Positions 15,331 through 25,305 of a DNA stretch of 55,190 nt are shown in pieces. This DNA comes from Methanospirillum sp. Lineage in GTDB: Archaea > Halobacteriota > Methanomicrobia > Methanomicrobiales > Methanospirillaceae. The translations under genes were made by a program, and so were the position numbers. The notes below the pieces were generated by a model. It did not search any database, was not told the origin of the DNA, and saw nothing but the letters and a program-made list of their open reading frames with translations. Numbering within the stretch: position 1 is the stretch's first letter; every line of letters starts with the position of its first letter. Location of the stretch: positions 1 to 55,190 of the forward strand of contig JBDKUZ010000007.1 in assembly GCA_039679395.1 (NCBI GenBank). Direction: 5' to 3'.

Positions 15331-17070
15331 ATGGTTCAGCGTAGGTTCAAACAAACAGGCATCGTGTTTGCGCTGTTGATACTCTGCGGCGCCGCGCTCG
15401 TGAACCCCGCCCTGGGTGGGGCGATAGTCAATTGGGGAGACACAGGCTCATCGGTGCCGTCGGGCACCGATTTCACTGCCATTGCGGCCGATGGTTGGGA
15501 TGGCCTCGCGCTGCGTGCCGACGGGTCGCTCGTCCACTGGGGGGGTGATTACCCCGGAGGATCAGGTACGCCATCGGGCACCGATTTTACTGCCGTTGCG
15601 ATAGGAAGCGGTTATAGCCTCGCGCTGCGTGCCGATGGCTCAATCGTCGCATGGGGTGTGGATGACTACACTCACATAATATCGGATGCGCCGTCGGGCA
15701 CCGGGTTCACTGCGATTGCGGCCGGTTACCAGCATGCTCTCGCGCTGCGCGCCGACGGCTCGATCATCAGCTGGGGTGCCGATGGTTGGGGCCAGGTATC
15801 GCAGACACCGACTGATTCCGGATATATTGCCATAGATGGCGGATGCCATCAAAGCCTCGCGCTGCGTGCCGATGGCTCGATCGTCAGCTGGGGCGAGGAT
15901 TACTACGGCCAAGTGTCGGACACACCGACGGGCACCGGGTTCACTGCCATTGCATCCGGTTACGCTCATAATGTCGCGCTGCGTGCCGATGGCTCGATCG
16001 TCAGCTGGGGGTTCGATGTTGCGGGCCAAGTATCGCAGACGCCGACGGACGCTGGGTATATTGCCGTTTCGGCCGGCGGCCTCGGTATGCATAGCCTCGC
16101 GCTGCGTGCCGACGGCTCGATCGTCAGCTGGGGATCTGATAGGTTTGGCCAGGTATCGCAGACGCCGACAAACGTCGGGTTCACGGCCATCGCTGCTGGT
16201 GACGATGGCAACCTCGCGCTGCAATCCGATACCACGTCGCCCACGCTCACCGCCACGGTCCCCGCGAACGGTGCCACGAACGTCCCGGTGAGCACGGGGA
16301 TCACGGGCACGTGGAGCGAGCCCGTCACGGTCTATCCGCCGCGCATCGCGGTGACAACAGCGGGTGGAACGGAGATCGCCTACCTCGGCACGTGGGATGC
16401 GACCGGTTTCGCCGTCACGCCGAACGATCCGTTGCCGAAGGAAACGGTCATCACCGTCAGCGTGAAGGGAGTAACCGACCTCGCAGGGCACCTGCAGGAC
16501 CCCAATCCATCCACCTGGTCGTTCACGACAGCGGCCAACCAGCGGCCGGTGGCGAGCCTGACGGCCGTTCCGTCCAAGGACCTGGCGCCGCTGGCGGTCA
16601 CGTTCTCGACCGCCGGAACGGGAGATAGCGACGGCGGCATCAGCACCTGGGCGCTGGCCATCACCCAGCTGGGGGTCTCCGCGACCGGGTCGGGCACTCC
16701 GCCGGGCACCTTCGACTACACCTTCACCGAGCCGGGCACGTACACTGCCACTCTGACCGTGACGGACACGGACGGCGCGACGGCGACCGCAACCGTGGAC
16801 GTCGTCGCTCAGACGCTCATGGAACACGTCGCCGACCTGAAACCGGTGATCCGTCAGATCCCCATGCTGTCGCTTGACATTCAGACGGGGCTGTTCGACA
16901 AGCTGGACCAGGCAGAACTCAGCCTGAACAGTGGCAGCGACAAAGCGGCCGTTAGCCAACTGACCGCATTCGTCAACCAGGTGAAGGGGCTGCAGAAAGC
17001 GAAAAAGCTGACTGCCGCTCAGGCCACGGCGCTTATCACCGAGGCACAGGAGATCATCGCGGCGATCTAA
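15331..17070 (+). CDS. secreted RCC1-repeat beta-propeller protein with Big_5/SbsA-type Ig domain, PKD domain and helical tail
   Basis: This is the internal start MVQRRFKQTGIVFALLILCGAALV of ORF 15244..17070. It has seven ALRADGS(I/L)V(S/H/A)WG blades, then TSPTLTATVPANGATNVP.. (Ig-like), then LAVTFSTAGTGDSDG..YTATLTVTDTDGATATATVDV (PKD). The C-terminal helical AAVSQLTAFVNQVKGLQKAKKLTAAQA segment is tentatively FIMAH-like. Confidence 0.85.
   Translation: MVQRRFKQTGIVFALLILCGAALVNPALGGAIVNWGDTGSSVPSGTDFTAIAADGWDGLALRADGSLVHWGGDYPGGSGTPSGTDFTAVAIGSGYSLALRADGSIVAWGVDDYTHIISDAPSGTGFTAIAAGYQHALALRADGSIISWGADGWGQVSQTPTDSGYIAIDGGCHQSLALRADGSIVSWGEDYYGQVSDTPTGTGFTAIASGYAHNVALRADGSIVSWGFDVAGQVSQTPTDAGYIAVSAGGLGMHSLALRADGSIVSWGSDRFGQVSQTPTNVGFTAIAAGDDGNLALQSDTTSPTLTATVPANGATNVPVSTGITGTWSEPVTVYPPRIAVTTAGGTEIAYLGTWDATGFAVTPNDPLPKETVITVSVKGVTDLAGHLQDPNPSTWSFTTAANQRPVASLTAVPSKDLAPLAVTFSTAGTGDSDGGISTWALAITQLGVSATGSGTPPGTFDYTFTEPGTYTATLTVTDTDGATATATVDVVAQTLMEHVADLKPVIRQIPMLSLDIQTGLFDKLDQAELSLNSGSDKAAVSQLTAFVNQVKGLQKAKKLTAAQATALITEAQEIIAAI
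15418..16234 (+). repeat. seven tandem ~150-nt coding repeats (RCC1 blades) with near-identical DNA cores
   Basis: ctcgcgctgcgtgccgatggctcgatcgtcagctgggg recurs almost unchanged. This explains the long in-phase antisense ORFs 15640..17160 and 15966..16328. Confidence 0.8.
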
Positions 17071-17168
17071 CCCTTTTTTTAAGACAGGAGCGCGGGGACT
17101 GGCATGGTGGCTCTTGTTGTCAGCCACGAATTGTCTCTGACGGTGTAGGTAATAATTCACGGCCTTGA

Positions 17169-17240
17169 GCCTTTAAGGCATTCAACAGGAACGGCCAGGT
17201 CGACTTCGTCGACATCGTCGGTCTCTTCAACGCCCCATAA
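17169..17240 (+). pseudogene. isolated dockerin/EF-hand-like C-terminal fragment
   Basis: It reads AFKAFNRNGQVDFVDIVGLFNAP* directly after an in-frame TGA. It matches the DxNxNGxxDFxD(I/V)VxLF motif found at the C-termini of methanogen surface proteins. No upstream body is present. Confidence 0.3.
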
Positions 17241-17519
17241 CCTCTTTTATCCGCTCTCAGGCCGTTCTCCTGCGACTCTCAGACCGTTCCTTGGCGAGAT
17301 GATTTGTTAATAACATCGAGTCGGAGCGAACGAACTCGCGCGCCGCCCTCGCTCTACGTGCTCTGGATCAAATAGATGCCATGCAGGTCGCGACGAAAAC
17401 GTTCTGTGGCTGAATCTCAACGTAGGTGAGGGCCCCCTTGAGTGTTCTTGGATCTACAGGTGAACTTGCGAATCCGCATAGCGGATCGGGATTGGCACGG
17501 GTGCGTGATATGGGTTGTC

Positions 17520-17927
17520 CTAGGAGTGGGGCGCAGTAGCATTCGGCGGGCCCCGGATCGCCGAGAGGTCGACGTGCCCGATCCGCTCGAGCCGGTAGGC
17601 CTCGAAGGTGGTCCGGTCGCGTCCCATGCGCGTGACGAAGTCGCCCGACGGATAGACGTACTGCCAGCCCTCCGCCGGGGGCTGGACGAGGGTGTAGATG
17701 TACTGGTCGGCCTTCGGCTGGTACTCGAGGACCACGATCGCGGCGCCGGCGGGCGTGGCGTTCGGCTCGTCGAAGCCCGCGCCCACGAGGTCGCCCCGGA
17801 GGAGGTCTCCTGGCGAGTACCGCGCCAGGGACGGTGTCGGTGTCGGTGTCGCGGACGGCGACGCGTCGATACACCCGGCTACGAGCACGGCGAGGAGCAG
17901 GGCAAGGACGATGAGCGTGAGGCGCAT
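17520..17927 (-). CDS. small lipoprotein-like secreted protein
   Basis: This is the internal start MRLTLIVLALLLAVLVAGCIDA (lipobox-like LVAGC) of ORF 17520..18002, followed by a Pro/Thr linker. Confidence 0.65.
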   Translation of the reverse strand: MRLTLIVLALLLAVLVAGCIDASPSATPTPTPSLARYSPGDLLRGDLVGAGFDEPNATPAGAAIVVLEYQPKADQYIYTLVQPPAEGWQYVYPSGDFVTRMGRDRTTFEAYRLERIGHVDLSAIRGPPNATAPHS

Positions 17928-17936
17928 ACAATCACT

Positions 17937-17956
17937 ATACGGGAGCCATCCCGTAT
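17937..17956. promoter_or_regulatory. perfect palindrome between lipoprotein gene and merR-like gene (candidate operator)
   Basis: ATACGGGA-gcca-TCCCGTAT, located 79 nt upstream of the MerR-family start at 18035. Confidence 0.3.
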
Positions 17957-18034
17957 GAACCGTTTCCCGTACCCTGACGCGGGTGAGATTGCGCGCCCTC
18001 ATCCGTCTCCGGCGCCCACGAGAGAGGTGCTGCC

Positions 18035-18871
18035 ATGACCGCCGAACGCATCCCGATCGGGACCTTCTCCCGCGTGACCCGGCTCTCGCAGCGGGCCCTG
18101 CGCCTCTACGACGAGCGCGGCCTGCTCGCGCCGTCGGGAAAGGACCTCTGCACCGGGTACCGATCGTACACCTTCGACCAGATCGGCCGCGGCGTCGTCA
18201 TCGGCCACCTCGTCTCGCTCGGCTTCGGCCTCGCCGAGGTCGGAGCTCTGCTCGACGCCCGGGATGCCGGGGACGCAGCGACGATCCGGCGGCTCTTTGC
18301 CGCACGGCGCGAGGCCGTGGGTGGGGAGCGGCGGCGGCTGGCGGCGATCGATGCGGCCCTCGCCCGCGGCGGGGCCGAACCGGAGATATTTGCCATGTCC
18401 ATTTCGGAACCGATAGTCAAGGAGATCCCCGCCCTGCGCGTCATCTCGCGCAGAGACAGGGGCACGTACAGCGAGACGATCTCGCGCATGATCGGCGAGG
18501 TCTGCGGTGCGCTCGCGCCCAGGAACGGCCGCGAGCCCGCTTTCAGGGTCACCGGCCCGATCATGACGATCTACCACGACAACGAGTACCGCGAGCAGGA
18601 CGCGGACATCGAGGTCGCGCTCCCCGTCACGGGGCGGGTCGAGCTCGAGAACCCGGTCCTCGAGCTCCGGACGCTTCCCGCGACCCGCGTGATCTCGGTC
18701 ATCTACACCGGGCCGTACCAGGGGGTCTCGTCGGCCCACCAGGCGGCCTTCGAGGCGGCCAGCGCCCTCGGGCTCAAATGGAACAGGCCAGCGCGCGAGC
18801 TCTACCTGAACGACCCGCATACCGTTGGAGAACAGGAGCTGATGACCGAGGTCCAGTACCCGGTCGCCTAG
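18035..18871 (+). CDS. MerR-family regulator fused to a GyrI-like effector-binding domain (BmrR-type)
   Basis: ORF 18035..18871. The MerR HTH is IGTFSRVTRLSQRALRLYDERGLLAP. The C-terminal ~150 aa are GyrI-like (ISRRDRGTYSE....MTIYHDNEY.....ELYLNDP). Confidence 0.9.
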   Translation: MTAERIPIGTFSRVTRLSQRALRLYDERGLLAPSGKDLCTGYRSYTFDQIGRGVVIGHLVSLGFGLAEVGALLDARDAGDAATIRRLFAARREAVGGERRRLAAIDAALARGGAEPEIFAMSISEPIVKEIPALRVISRRDRGTYSETISRMIGEVCGALAPRNGREPAFRVTGPIMTIYHDNEYREQDADIEVALPVTGRVELENPVLELRTLPATRVISVIYTGPYQGVSSAHQAAFEAASALGLKWNRPARELYLNDPHTVGEQELMTEVQYPVA

Positions 18872-19536
18872 ACTTCGCGGATCCCGGCCTCGATGATCTC
18901 GTACTCGAACCGGGCTCCCTCTGGCCGCGAGCGGTGCTTGGCCAGCACGGCGCGCCGCCGCCCGTTGAGTTTCTCGAGCCGGACGATCGCCTTCGAGATG
19001 TGCTCGAGCGCGGTCCCGCCTAGTCCGACCACCCGGTTCTTGCCCGGGTCCATGTAGACCTGGTTCGTGACCAGCACGGGAAGGTCGTGCCGCCGGGCGA
19101 GCCCGAGCAGGTGGAGCATCTGGCGCGTCAAGAGGCGCAGGGCTTCGTTGTCCTCCAGATCCTCCTGGCGGTAGAGCGCGGTCGCCGAGTCGACCACCAC
19201 GAGGGCTGCCGGCCGCGTCCGGAGGATCGCCTCGGCGTTCGCGATCATGACCCCCTGCTCGGCGAGATCCAGCGGCTCGTACAGGAAGAGGCGCTCGACG
19301 AGGGTCGGAGCCTCGCCGCCGGCGATCTGCCTGAACCGTTCCGCGGAGAAGCCCTCGGTGTCGATGTAGACGACCGATTTTCCGGTCCGGAGAGCCTCGG
19401 CCGTCGCGAGCACGGCGAGGGTGGACTTGCCGGTCGCCGCCTCGCCGTAGAGCTGGGTGATCACCTTGCGCTCGTACCCGCCGCCGAGCAGCCGATCGAG
19501 GGCCTCGCTCCCGCTCGAGAGCCGTTCAGCGCTCAT
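18868..19536 (-). CDS. radB: DNA repair and recombination protein RadB
   Basis: ORF 18868..19536. It reads GSEALDRLLGGGYERKVITQLYGEAATGKSTLA, YIDTEG, ALVVVDS. It is a short (222 aa) RecA-core-only protein, as expected for RadB. Confidence 0.9.
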   Translation of the reverse strand: MSAERLSSGSEALDRLLGGGYERKVITQLYGEAATGKSTLAVLATAEALRTGKSVVYIDTEGFSAERFRQIAGGEAPTLVERLFLYEPLDLAEQGVMIANAEAILRTRPAALVVVDSATALYRQEDLEDNEALRLLTRQMLHLLGLARRHDLPVLVTNQVYMDPGKNRVVGLGGTALEHISKAIVRLEKLNGRRRAVLAKHRSRPEGARFEYEIIEAGIREV

Positions 19537-20722
19537 CGGACCTCTCGTTCTCGACCGTCCGGCCGACGGCGTCCTCCACCGCTCGGGCGACCTCCCGCAC
19601 GGGGAGGCCGAGCTCGCGCGCCCACGTCTGCACCTGCTCGAATTCGGGTTTGGAGGTATATACCTTGCCGTCGAGCCGGCCTCGCTTCACGTCGATGGTC
19701 CGCGTCTCGGACCCGATTGTGACCGTCACCGGCTCGATCGTTCGATCGGCCACGAGCCGGTGGACGTACGGCGCGGAGCGAACGCCGAGGGTCCCGAGTT
19801 CGGCGGCGAGGACGCGGGCGAGAGCCGGGCCGTCCCCGGGCCGGCAGACGACGCGAACCAGGTAGCCCATGCGCCCCTTCTTCATGAGGGCCGGGATGGC
19901 CTGGGCGTCCCGGGCGCCCTCCTCCATCAATCGCCCGAGCGCGGAGGAGAGCACCTCGCCGGTCGTATCGTCCACGTTCGTCTCGAGCACCTCGACGTAG
20001 TCCTGTTGCGGGAGCTCGGTCTCGACCACGAGCACGCGGAGCACGTTCGGCCTGTCCGCCGGGTTCCGGGAGCCCGCGCCGTACCCGGCAGCCGCGATCC
20101 GGAACGGCCCGAGCCCCTTCCAGGAGAGGGTCCGGATCTCTGCGAGCAGGGCCGCGCCCGTCGGCGTCACGAGCTCGTTGTCGACCCCGGGCTCGAGCCG
20201 CACATCAACCCCGGCCCCTGCGAGGAGGGCGACCGTCGCGGGCGAGGGGAGCGGATAGATTCCGTGGGCCCCCTCGATCGCGCCCGGTCCGAGCGGGACG
20301 GGCATTACCGCGACCCCGTCGACCTCGAGCGAGAGCAGGGCCGTCGCGGCGCCCAGCACGTCCGCGATCGCGTCGTCGGCGCCGACCTCGTGGAAGTGGA
20401 CGCGGTCGTCGCCGTGGACCGAGGCCTCGGCTGTATGGAGACGGCGAAAGACCCGCTCGGCGAGAGCGATCGCGGGAGCGGAGGCGTCGGCCGTAGCCAC
20501 GCGGGCGAGCACCTCCTCGAGGCTCCGCGCCGCGTGGCCCGCATGCGTCCTGACGCGGACGGCGCGGATGCCGGCGCGGTCCGCGAACGCGAACTCCGGT
20601 TCGGCCACGACCGAGGCCATCGCCCGCCGGACCGCGTCCCGATCGGCGCCGGCCGCAAGCATCCCTCCGACGAGCATGTCGCCCGCCGCGCCCGCAATCG
20701 GGTCGATCACAAGGATGCGCAT
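19526..20722 (-). CDS. larC: LarC-family (DUF111) nickel insertion protein
   Basis: ORF 19526..20722. It reads MRILVIDPIAGAAGDMLVGGML..., HFHEVGADDAIADVLG, PTGAALLA. It overlaps radB by 11 nt. Confidence 0.9.
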   Translation of the reverse strand: MRILVIDPIAGAAGDMLVGGMLAAGADRDAVRRAMASVVAEPEFAFADRAGIRAVRVRTHAGHAARSLEEVLARVATADASAPAIALAERVFRRLHTAEASVHGDDRVHFHEVGADDAIADVLGAATALLSLEVDGVAVMPVPLGPGAIEGAHGIYPLPSPATVALLAGAGVDVRLEPGVDNELVTPTGAALLAEIRTLSWKGLGPFRIAAAGYGAGSRNPADRPNVLRVLVVETELPQQDYVEVLETNVDDTTGEVLSSALGRLMEEGARDAQAIPALMKKGRMGYLVRVVCRPGDGPALARVLAAELGTLGVRSAPYVHRLVADRTIEPVTVTIGSETRTIDVKRGRLDGKVYTSKPEFEQVQTWARELGLPVREVARAVEDAVGRTVENERSDER

Positions 20723-20732
20723 TCACCAGTAC

Positions 20733-20740
20733 TTATAAAT
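20733..20740 (+). promoter_or_regulatory. TATA-box-like element upstream of cdc48
   Basis: TTATAAAT lies 27-34 nt upstream of ATG 20767, in the only AT-rich patch of the 45-nt larC/cdc48 divergent spacer. Confidence 0.4.
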
Positions 20741-20766
20741 GAACACATAAAAGATCTAAGGTGCAT

Positions 20767-23184
20767 ATGCCGGAAATCTATCTCAAGGTGGACAGCGCCT
20801 ACCCCGAGGACCAGGGCGGGGGCAAGGCCCGGCTCGACCCCGAGACGATGCTCCAGCTCCGGGTCGCGCCCGGCGACATCGTCCTGATCGAGGGCCGGCG
20901 CCGTACCGTGGCCAAGGTCTGGCGGGCGCTGGTCACGGACTGGAACCAGGGGAAGATCCGGATCGACAACATCACGCGTGCGAACGCGGGGGTCTCGATC
21001 GGGGACCGGATCCGCGTCGCTAAGCTCACCGAGGAGATCGAGGCCAAGCGCGTCGTGCTCGCTCCTCCCGTGGATCTCCCCTCAAACATGCCGATCAACC
21101 TGGAGCACGCGACGAACTCGCTGATCGACTTTCCCGTCGTCGAGGGCGACTCGGTCCCGATCCGGCAGGGGTTCCCGTTCATGCAGCCGCAGATCGTCGC
21201 TTTCAAGGCGGTCGTGGTCGAGCCCGTCGAGGCCGTGATCATCTCCAAGAACACCGAGATCGAGTTCTCGGACAAGCCGGCGGCCGGGTTCGAGGGCGCC
21301 CGGCAGATCTCGTACGAGGACATCGGCGGCCTCAACTACGAGCTCCAGCGCGTCCGCGAGACGATCGAGCTCCCGATCCGGCACCCGGAGCTCTTCCGCC
21401 GGCTCGGGATCGAACCGCCGAAGGGGGTGCTCCTCTACGGCCCGCCCGGCACGGGCAAGACCCTGATCGCCAAGGCAGTCGCGAACGAGTCGGGAGCGCA
21501 CTTCATCGCGATCGCCGGGCCCGAGGTGATCTCGAAGTACTACGGCGAGTCCGAGCAGCGCCTCCGCGAGGTCTTCGAGGAGGCCCGGGAGAACGCGCCT
21601 GCGATCATCTTCATCGACGAGCTCGACTCGATCGCGCCCAAGCGCGAGGACGTGACCGGCGAGGTCGAGCGGCGCGTGGTCGCGCAGCTCCTGACCATGA
21701 TGGACGGGCTCGAGGAGCGGGGCGAGGTCGTGGTGATCGGCGCCACCAACCGCGTCGACGCGATCGACCCGGCGCTCCGCCGGCCCGGCCGGTTCGACCG
21801 CGAGATCGAGATCGGCGTACCGGCCGAGAAGGACCGGGTCGAGATCATGAAGATCCACACCCGGGCCATGCCGCTCGGCGACGACGTCGACCTCGAGAAG
21901 ATCGCGCAGCAGACCTACGGGTTCGTCGGCGCCGACCTGGCAGCGCTGGCGCGCGAGGCGGGCATCCGGGCCCTGCGGCGGAAACTGCCCGACTTCGACC
22001 TCGAGAAGGACGAACTCTCGGAGGAGGAACTCGAGCAGCTCCTGGTCGAGCCCCGCGACTTTCGCGACGCCCTCCGCGACGTCGGGCCGTCCGCGATGCG
22101 CGAGGTGATGCTCGAGGTCTCGCATGTCACCTGGACCGACGTCGGGGGCCTCGACGAGGCGAAGGAGGAGGTCCGCGAGGCCGTCGAGTACCCGCTGACC
22201 GACCACGAGCGTTTCGACGCGATCGGCATCCGCCCGCCGCGCGGCGTGCTCCTGTACGGTCCGCCCGGCACGGGCAAGACCCTGATCGCTAAGGCGGCCG
22301 CGTCGGAGTCGGGCGCGAACTTCATCCCGATCCGCGGGCCGCAGCTCCTCTCGAAGTGGGTCGGCGAGTCCGAGCGGGCCGTGCGGGAGGTCTTCCGCCG
22401 CGCACGCCAGGTCGCGCCGTCGATCATCTTCTTCGACGAGCTCGACGCCCTCGCGCCCTCGCGAGGCACGGAGACGGGGACGCACGTGATCGAGTCCGTG
22501 CTCAACCAGATCCTGACCGAGATGGACGGGCTCGAGGACCTCAAGGACGTGGTCGTGATGGGTGCGACCAACCGGCCGGACATCGTCGACCCGGCCCTAC
22601 TTCGCGCGGGCCGCTTCGACCGGCTCGTCTACATCGGCGAACCCGGACGCGACGACCGCCGGCGGATCCTCGAGATCCACACCCGCGGCAAGCCGATCGA
22701 GGGGTCGGCCATGGGGGAGGTGCTCGCCTTCACCGATGGCTACGGCACGGCCGAACTCGAACGGTTCGTCGAGGCGCTCGGCACGCAGCGGACCTTCACC
22801 GTCGAGGACGCCCGCGAAGCCGCAGGCCGGATCGGCGCTCCCGCCGAGGGCGGCCTTCCTGCGTACGAGCGGCGGCAGGAACTCGGCAAGGCCCTCGCCG
22901 AGGCCAGGCTCATCCTCGACGACCCGAGGCGCGCCGAGATCCTCGACGATCTCGCGATCCGCACCGAGGGCTACGTCGGCTCGGATATCGAGGCCCTCGC
23001 GCGCGAGGCTGGGATGTACGCACTCCGGGCACGCGCCCCCATGATCACGAAGAAGGACTTCGATGAGGCGCTCGCCAAGGTCCATCCGACCATGAACGAG
23101 AACCTCCGCACCTACTACGGAAAGATCCAGCAGCACTTCAAGGGCGGCCTGCCGAAAGAGGCGCAACCGCCCGAATACCAGTAA
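20767..23184 (+). CDS. cdc48: CDC48/VCP-type tandem AAA+ ATPase
   Basis: ORF 20761..23184 (ATG at 20767). It has two Walker A motifs ([13 protein letters not shown], twice), two Walker B motifs (IIFIDELD / IIFFDELD) and an N-terminal double-psi barrel region. Confidence 0.95.
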   Translation: MPEIYLKVDSAYPEDQGGGKARLDPETMLQLRVAPGDIVLIEGRRRTVAKVWRALVTDWNQGKIRIDNITRANAGVSIGDRIRVAKLTEEIEAKRVVLAPPVDLPSNMPINLEHATNSLIDFPVVEGDSVPIRQGFPFMQPQIVAFKAVVVEPVEAVIISKNTEIEFSDKPAAGFEGARQISYEDIGGLNYELQRVRETIELPIRHPELFRRLGIEPPKGVLLYGPPGTGKTLIAKAVANESGAHFIAIAGPEVISKYYGESEQRLREVFEEARENAPAIIFIDELDSIAPKREDVTGEVERRVVAQLLTMMDGLEERGEVVVIGATNRVDAIDPALRRPGRFDREIEIGVPAEKDRVEIMKIHTRAMPLGDDVDLEKIAQQTYGFVGADLAALAREAGIRALRRKLPDFDLEKDELSEEELEQLLVEPRDFRDALRDVGPSAMREVMLEVSHVTWTDVGGLDEAKEEVREAVEYPLTDHERFDAIGIRPPRGVLLYGPPGTGKTLIAKAAASESGANFIPIRGPQLLSKWVGESERAVREVFRRARQVAPSIIFFDELDALAPSRGTETGTHVIESVLNQILTEMDGLEDLKDVVVMGATNRPDIVDPALLRAGRFDRLVYIGEPGRDDRRRILEIHTRGKPIEGSAMGEVLAFTDGYGTAELERFVEALGTQRTFTVEDAREAAGRIGAPAEGGLPAYERRQELGKALAEARLILDDPRRAEILDDLAIRTEGYVGSDIEALAREAGMYALRARAPMITKKDFDEALAKVHPTMNENLRTYYGKIQQHFKGGLPKEAQPPEYQ

Positions 23185-23185
23185 C

Positions 23186-24478
23186 CTATTTTTCCCGCCA
23201 GCCCGGCAGGCGCAGGCGGGGGTCCATCCGGCGGACGTCGCGAAGCAGGAGCAGGGCCAGGAAGTCCGAGCCGAGCAGGAAGAGGGTGTACAGACCGATC
23301 AGCCGGACCGGGTCCACGCGGTACAGCCGCACCTCCGCGAGCAGGGAGGTCGCACGGTCGATCCGCCGGAGCCGGTGACGGGGCTCGCTCGTCCGTACAA
23401 GGAACCGGAGGGCGCGCTGCTCCCGCTCGAGGGCCCGCGCGCTCAGGGCGAGGACGGGCCGCGCGATGAGACGGCTCAGCCACCGGTGGAAGACCTGCAT
23501 GATCACGAGCTGCGAGGCGAGCAGGATCAGGACATAGACGTCGAAGCGGACGGCCTGGAGCTCGGTGAGCGGCACGATGCGGTCGACGGTCCAGCCCGGG
23601 AGCAGGAGCGCGATCACCAGCAGGACCACGACCAGGAAGACGATCGCCCCGAGGGCGACACCTCGGGTCAAAAGCGGGAGACCTCGCCGTCGTCCGCGCA
23701 ACCGCTCCACCAGCATGGCCGCGAACTCCGCCGAGTACGGCCGGAGGAGGTAGACCTGCAGGTAGTAGAGGATGATCCCGAGCGACTGCACGACCACGAG
23801 GAGCGCCGTGAGATCCGCGAGGCGATTGAGGACGAAGCCCGCGAGGACGGCAAAGAGGATGTCGACCGAGAAGATCGCAAGAAACCCGGCGGTCATCGAG
23901 ACGGCGCCGAGGAAGAAGACGTTCCACGCCACCGCGACGAGCCGTTTCTTGAACCGGAGGAGCCGGGCCTCCCGCACCGAGCGGACGAGGTTGCGGGGCG
24001 CCTGCGGCGCGGCGTCCGTCGTCGATCCGCGGTGCAGCAGCACCAAGGCGACGGCGCGGACGAGCGGCAGAAGGGGATAGAACATGTAGAAGTAGAGGCT
24101 CGCAACGATCCAGAGCAGCATGTAGCCCTCGCCGAACCGGACCAGGGCGTACAGGTTCACGCCAACGGCCAGGGCAAGGACGAGGTATCCGGCCGCGCCG
24201 ATCCGATCGCGTTCGACACGGAGGGCGGTGGCTCGGACCTGCGCCAGCTCCGCGTCCACGTCCCGGCGGAGACGGGCGATGACGGAACCCGTCCCCAGTC
24301 GTTCTCCGTCCTCCTGTGATCGGACCGTGACTGCACCACTCCATCCGTCGTCCGGCGGTGCCGCCGTGCAATCGGTAATCGCAGATGGGGCGCGCAGGAA
24401 TAAGAAACCACTTGAAACACCGAAGGTTCCAAAAGCACGAACGCCCTGATCCCCGGAGGGGTGATTTGACGGACCCAC
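23186..24478 (-). CDS. multi-pass membrane protein, unknown function (true start probably internal)
   Basis: ORF 23186..24478. At least 7 hydrophobic segments are separated by Arg-rich loops. The first ~90 codons overlap the divergent TauE gene and look non-coding. Confidence 0.6.
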   Translation of the reverse strand: MGPSNHPSGDQGVRAFGTFGVSSGFLFLRAPSAITDCTAAPPDDGWSGAVTVRSQEDGERLGTGSVIARLRRDVDAELAQVRATALRVERDRIGAAGYLVLALAVGVNLYALVRFGEGYMLLWIVASLYFYMFYPLLPLVRAVALVLLHRGSTTDAAPQAPRNLVRSVREARLLRFKKRLVAVAWNVFFLGAVSMTAGFLAIFSVDILFAVLAGFVLNRLADLTALLVVVQSLGIILYYLQVYLLRPYSAEFAAMLVERLRGRRRGLPLLTRGVALGAIVFLVVVLLVIALLLPGWTVDRIVPLTELQAVRFDVYVLILLASQLVIMQVFHRWLSRLIARPVLALSARALEREQRALRFLVRTSEPRHRLRRIDRATSLLAEVRLYRVDPVRLIGLYTLFLLGSDFLALLLLRDVRRMDPRLRLPGWREK

Positions 24479-25305
24479 TGCTCGTGTACATCGCCGCGCT
24501 CCTGCTGGTCGGCGCCGTCGTGGGCGTCATGGCTGGGCTCTTCGGGGTCGGCGGCGGGTTCCTGATGGTCCCGGCCCAGTTCTGGGCGCTCGGACTCCTC
24601 GGTGTCGATTCGGAGACGGCGCTCCGGATGGCGTTCGGCACCAGCCTCGCGGTCGTGATCCCGACGGCCGCCTCGGGCGCATGGGCCCACCACTGCCGAC
24701 AATGCGTCCGGTGGGACGCGGTGCGGTGGATGGGGCTCTCGGCCGCGCTCGCCTCGCTCGCCGGGGCCCTTCTCTCAACCCGGGCCCCCGGCCGACCGCT
24801 CGAGATCCTCCTCGCTCTCGTCCTCCTCGGAGCGGCTGCCCAGATCGTACTGCAGCGGGCGTCGGCATCGTGCGACCTCGGCGGCGAGGAGCGCTCCCTC
24901 GGGCGTGGGGGATACCTCGCCCTCGGCCTTCCGGGGGGGCTGCTCTCGGGGCTGCTCGGGATCGGGGGCGGGATCGTGCTCGTCCCGCTGCTGACCCTCG
25001 TCCTCCGGTACCCCATCAGGACGGCCGTCGGCACCTCCACGCCCGTGATCCTCTGCGCGGCCATCGGCGGTGTCGCGGGGTACGCGCTCACCGCGCCGGC
25101 CGCGCTCGGCACCCTGGCCTTCTCCGTCGGCTACGTCCACCTCCCGAGCGCCGCGGCCCTCGCCCTCGGCTCTGTGCCGATGGCGCAGCTCGGCGCCCGG
25201 CTCGCGCACGCCTGCCCGCCGCACATACTCAGGGTCTCCCTCGCCGTCGTGATGGTCCTCGTCGCGCTCCTCATGCTCGACGTGCCCCGGCTCCTCGGGC
25301 TCTAG
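24465..25305 (+). CDS. TauE/SafE (DUF81) family anion exporter, second copy
   Basis: ORF 24385..25305. I prefer TTG 24465 (GGAGGGG RBS 4 nt upstream, then LTDPLLVYIAALLLVGA). It has duplicated LFGVGGGFLMVP / LLGIGGGIVLVP motifs. Confidence 0.8.
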
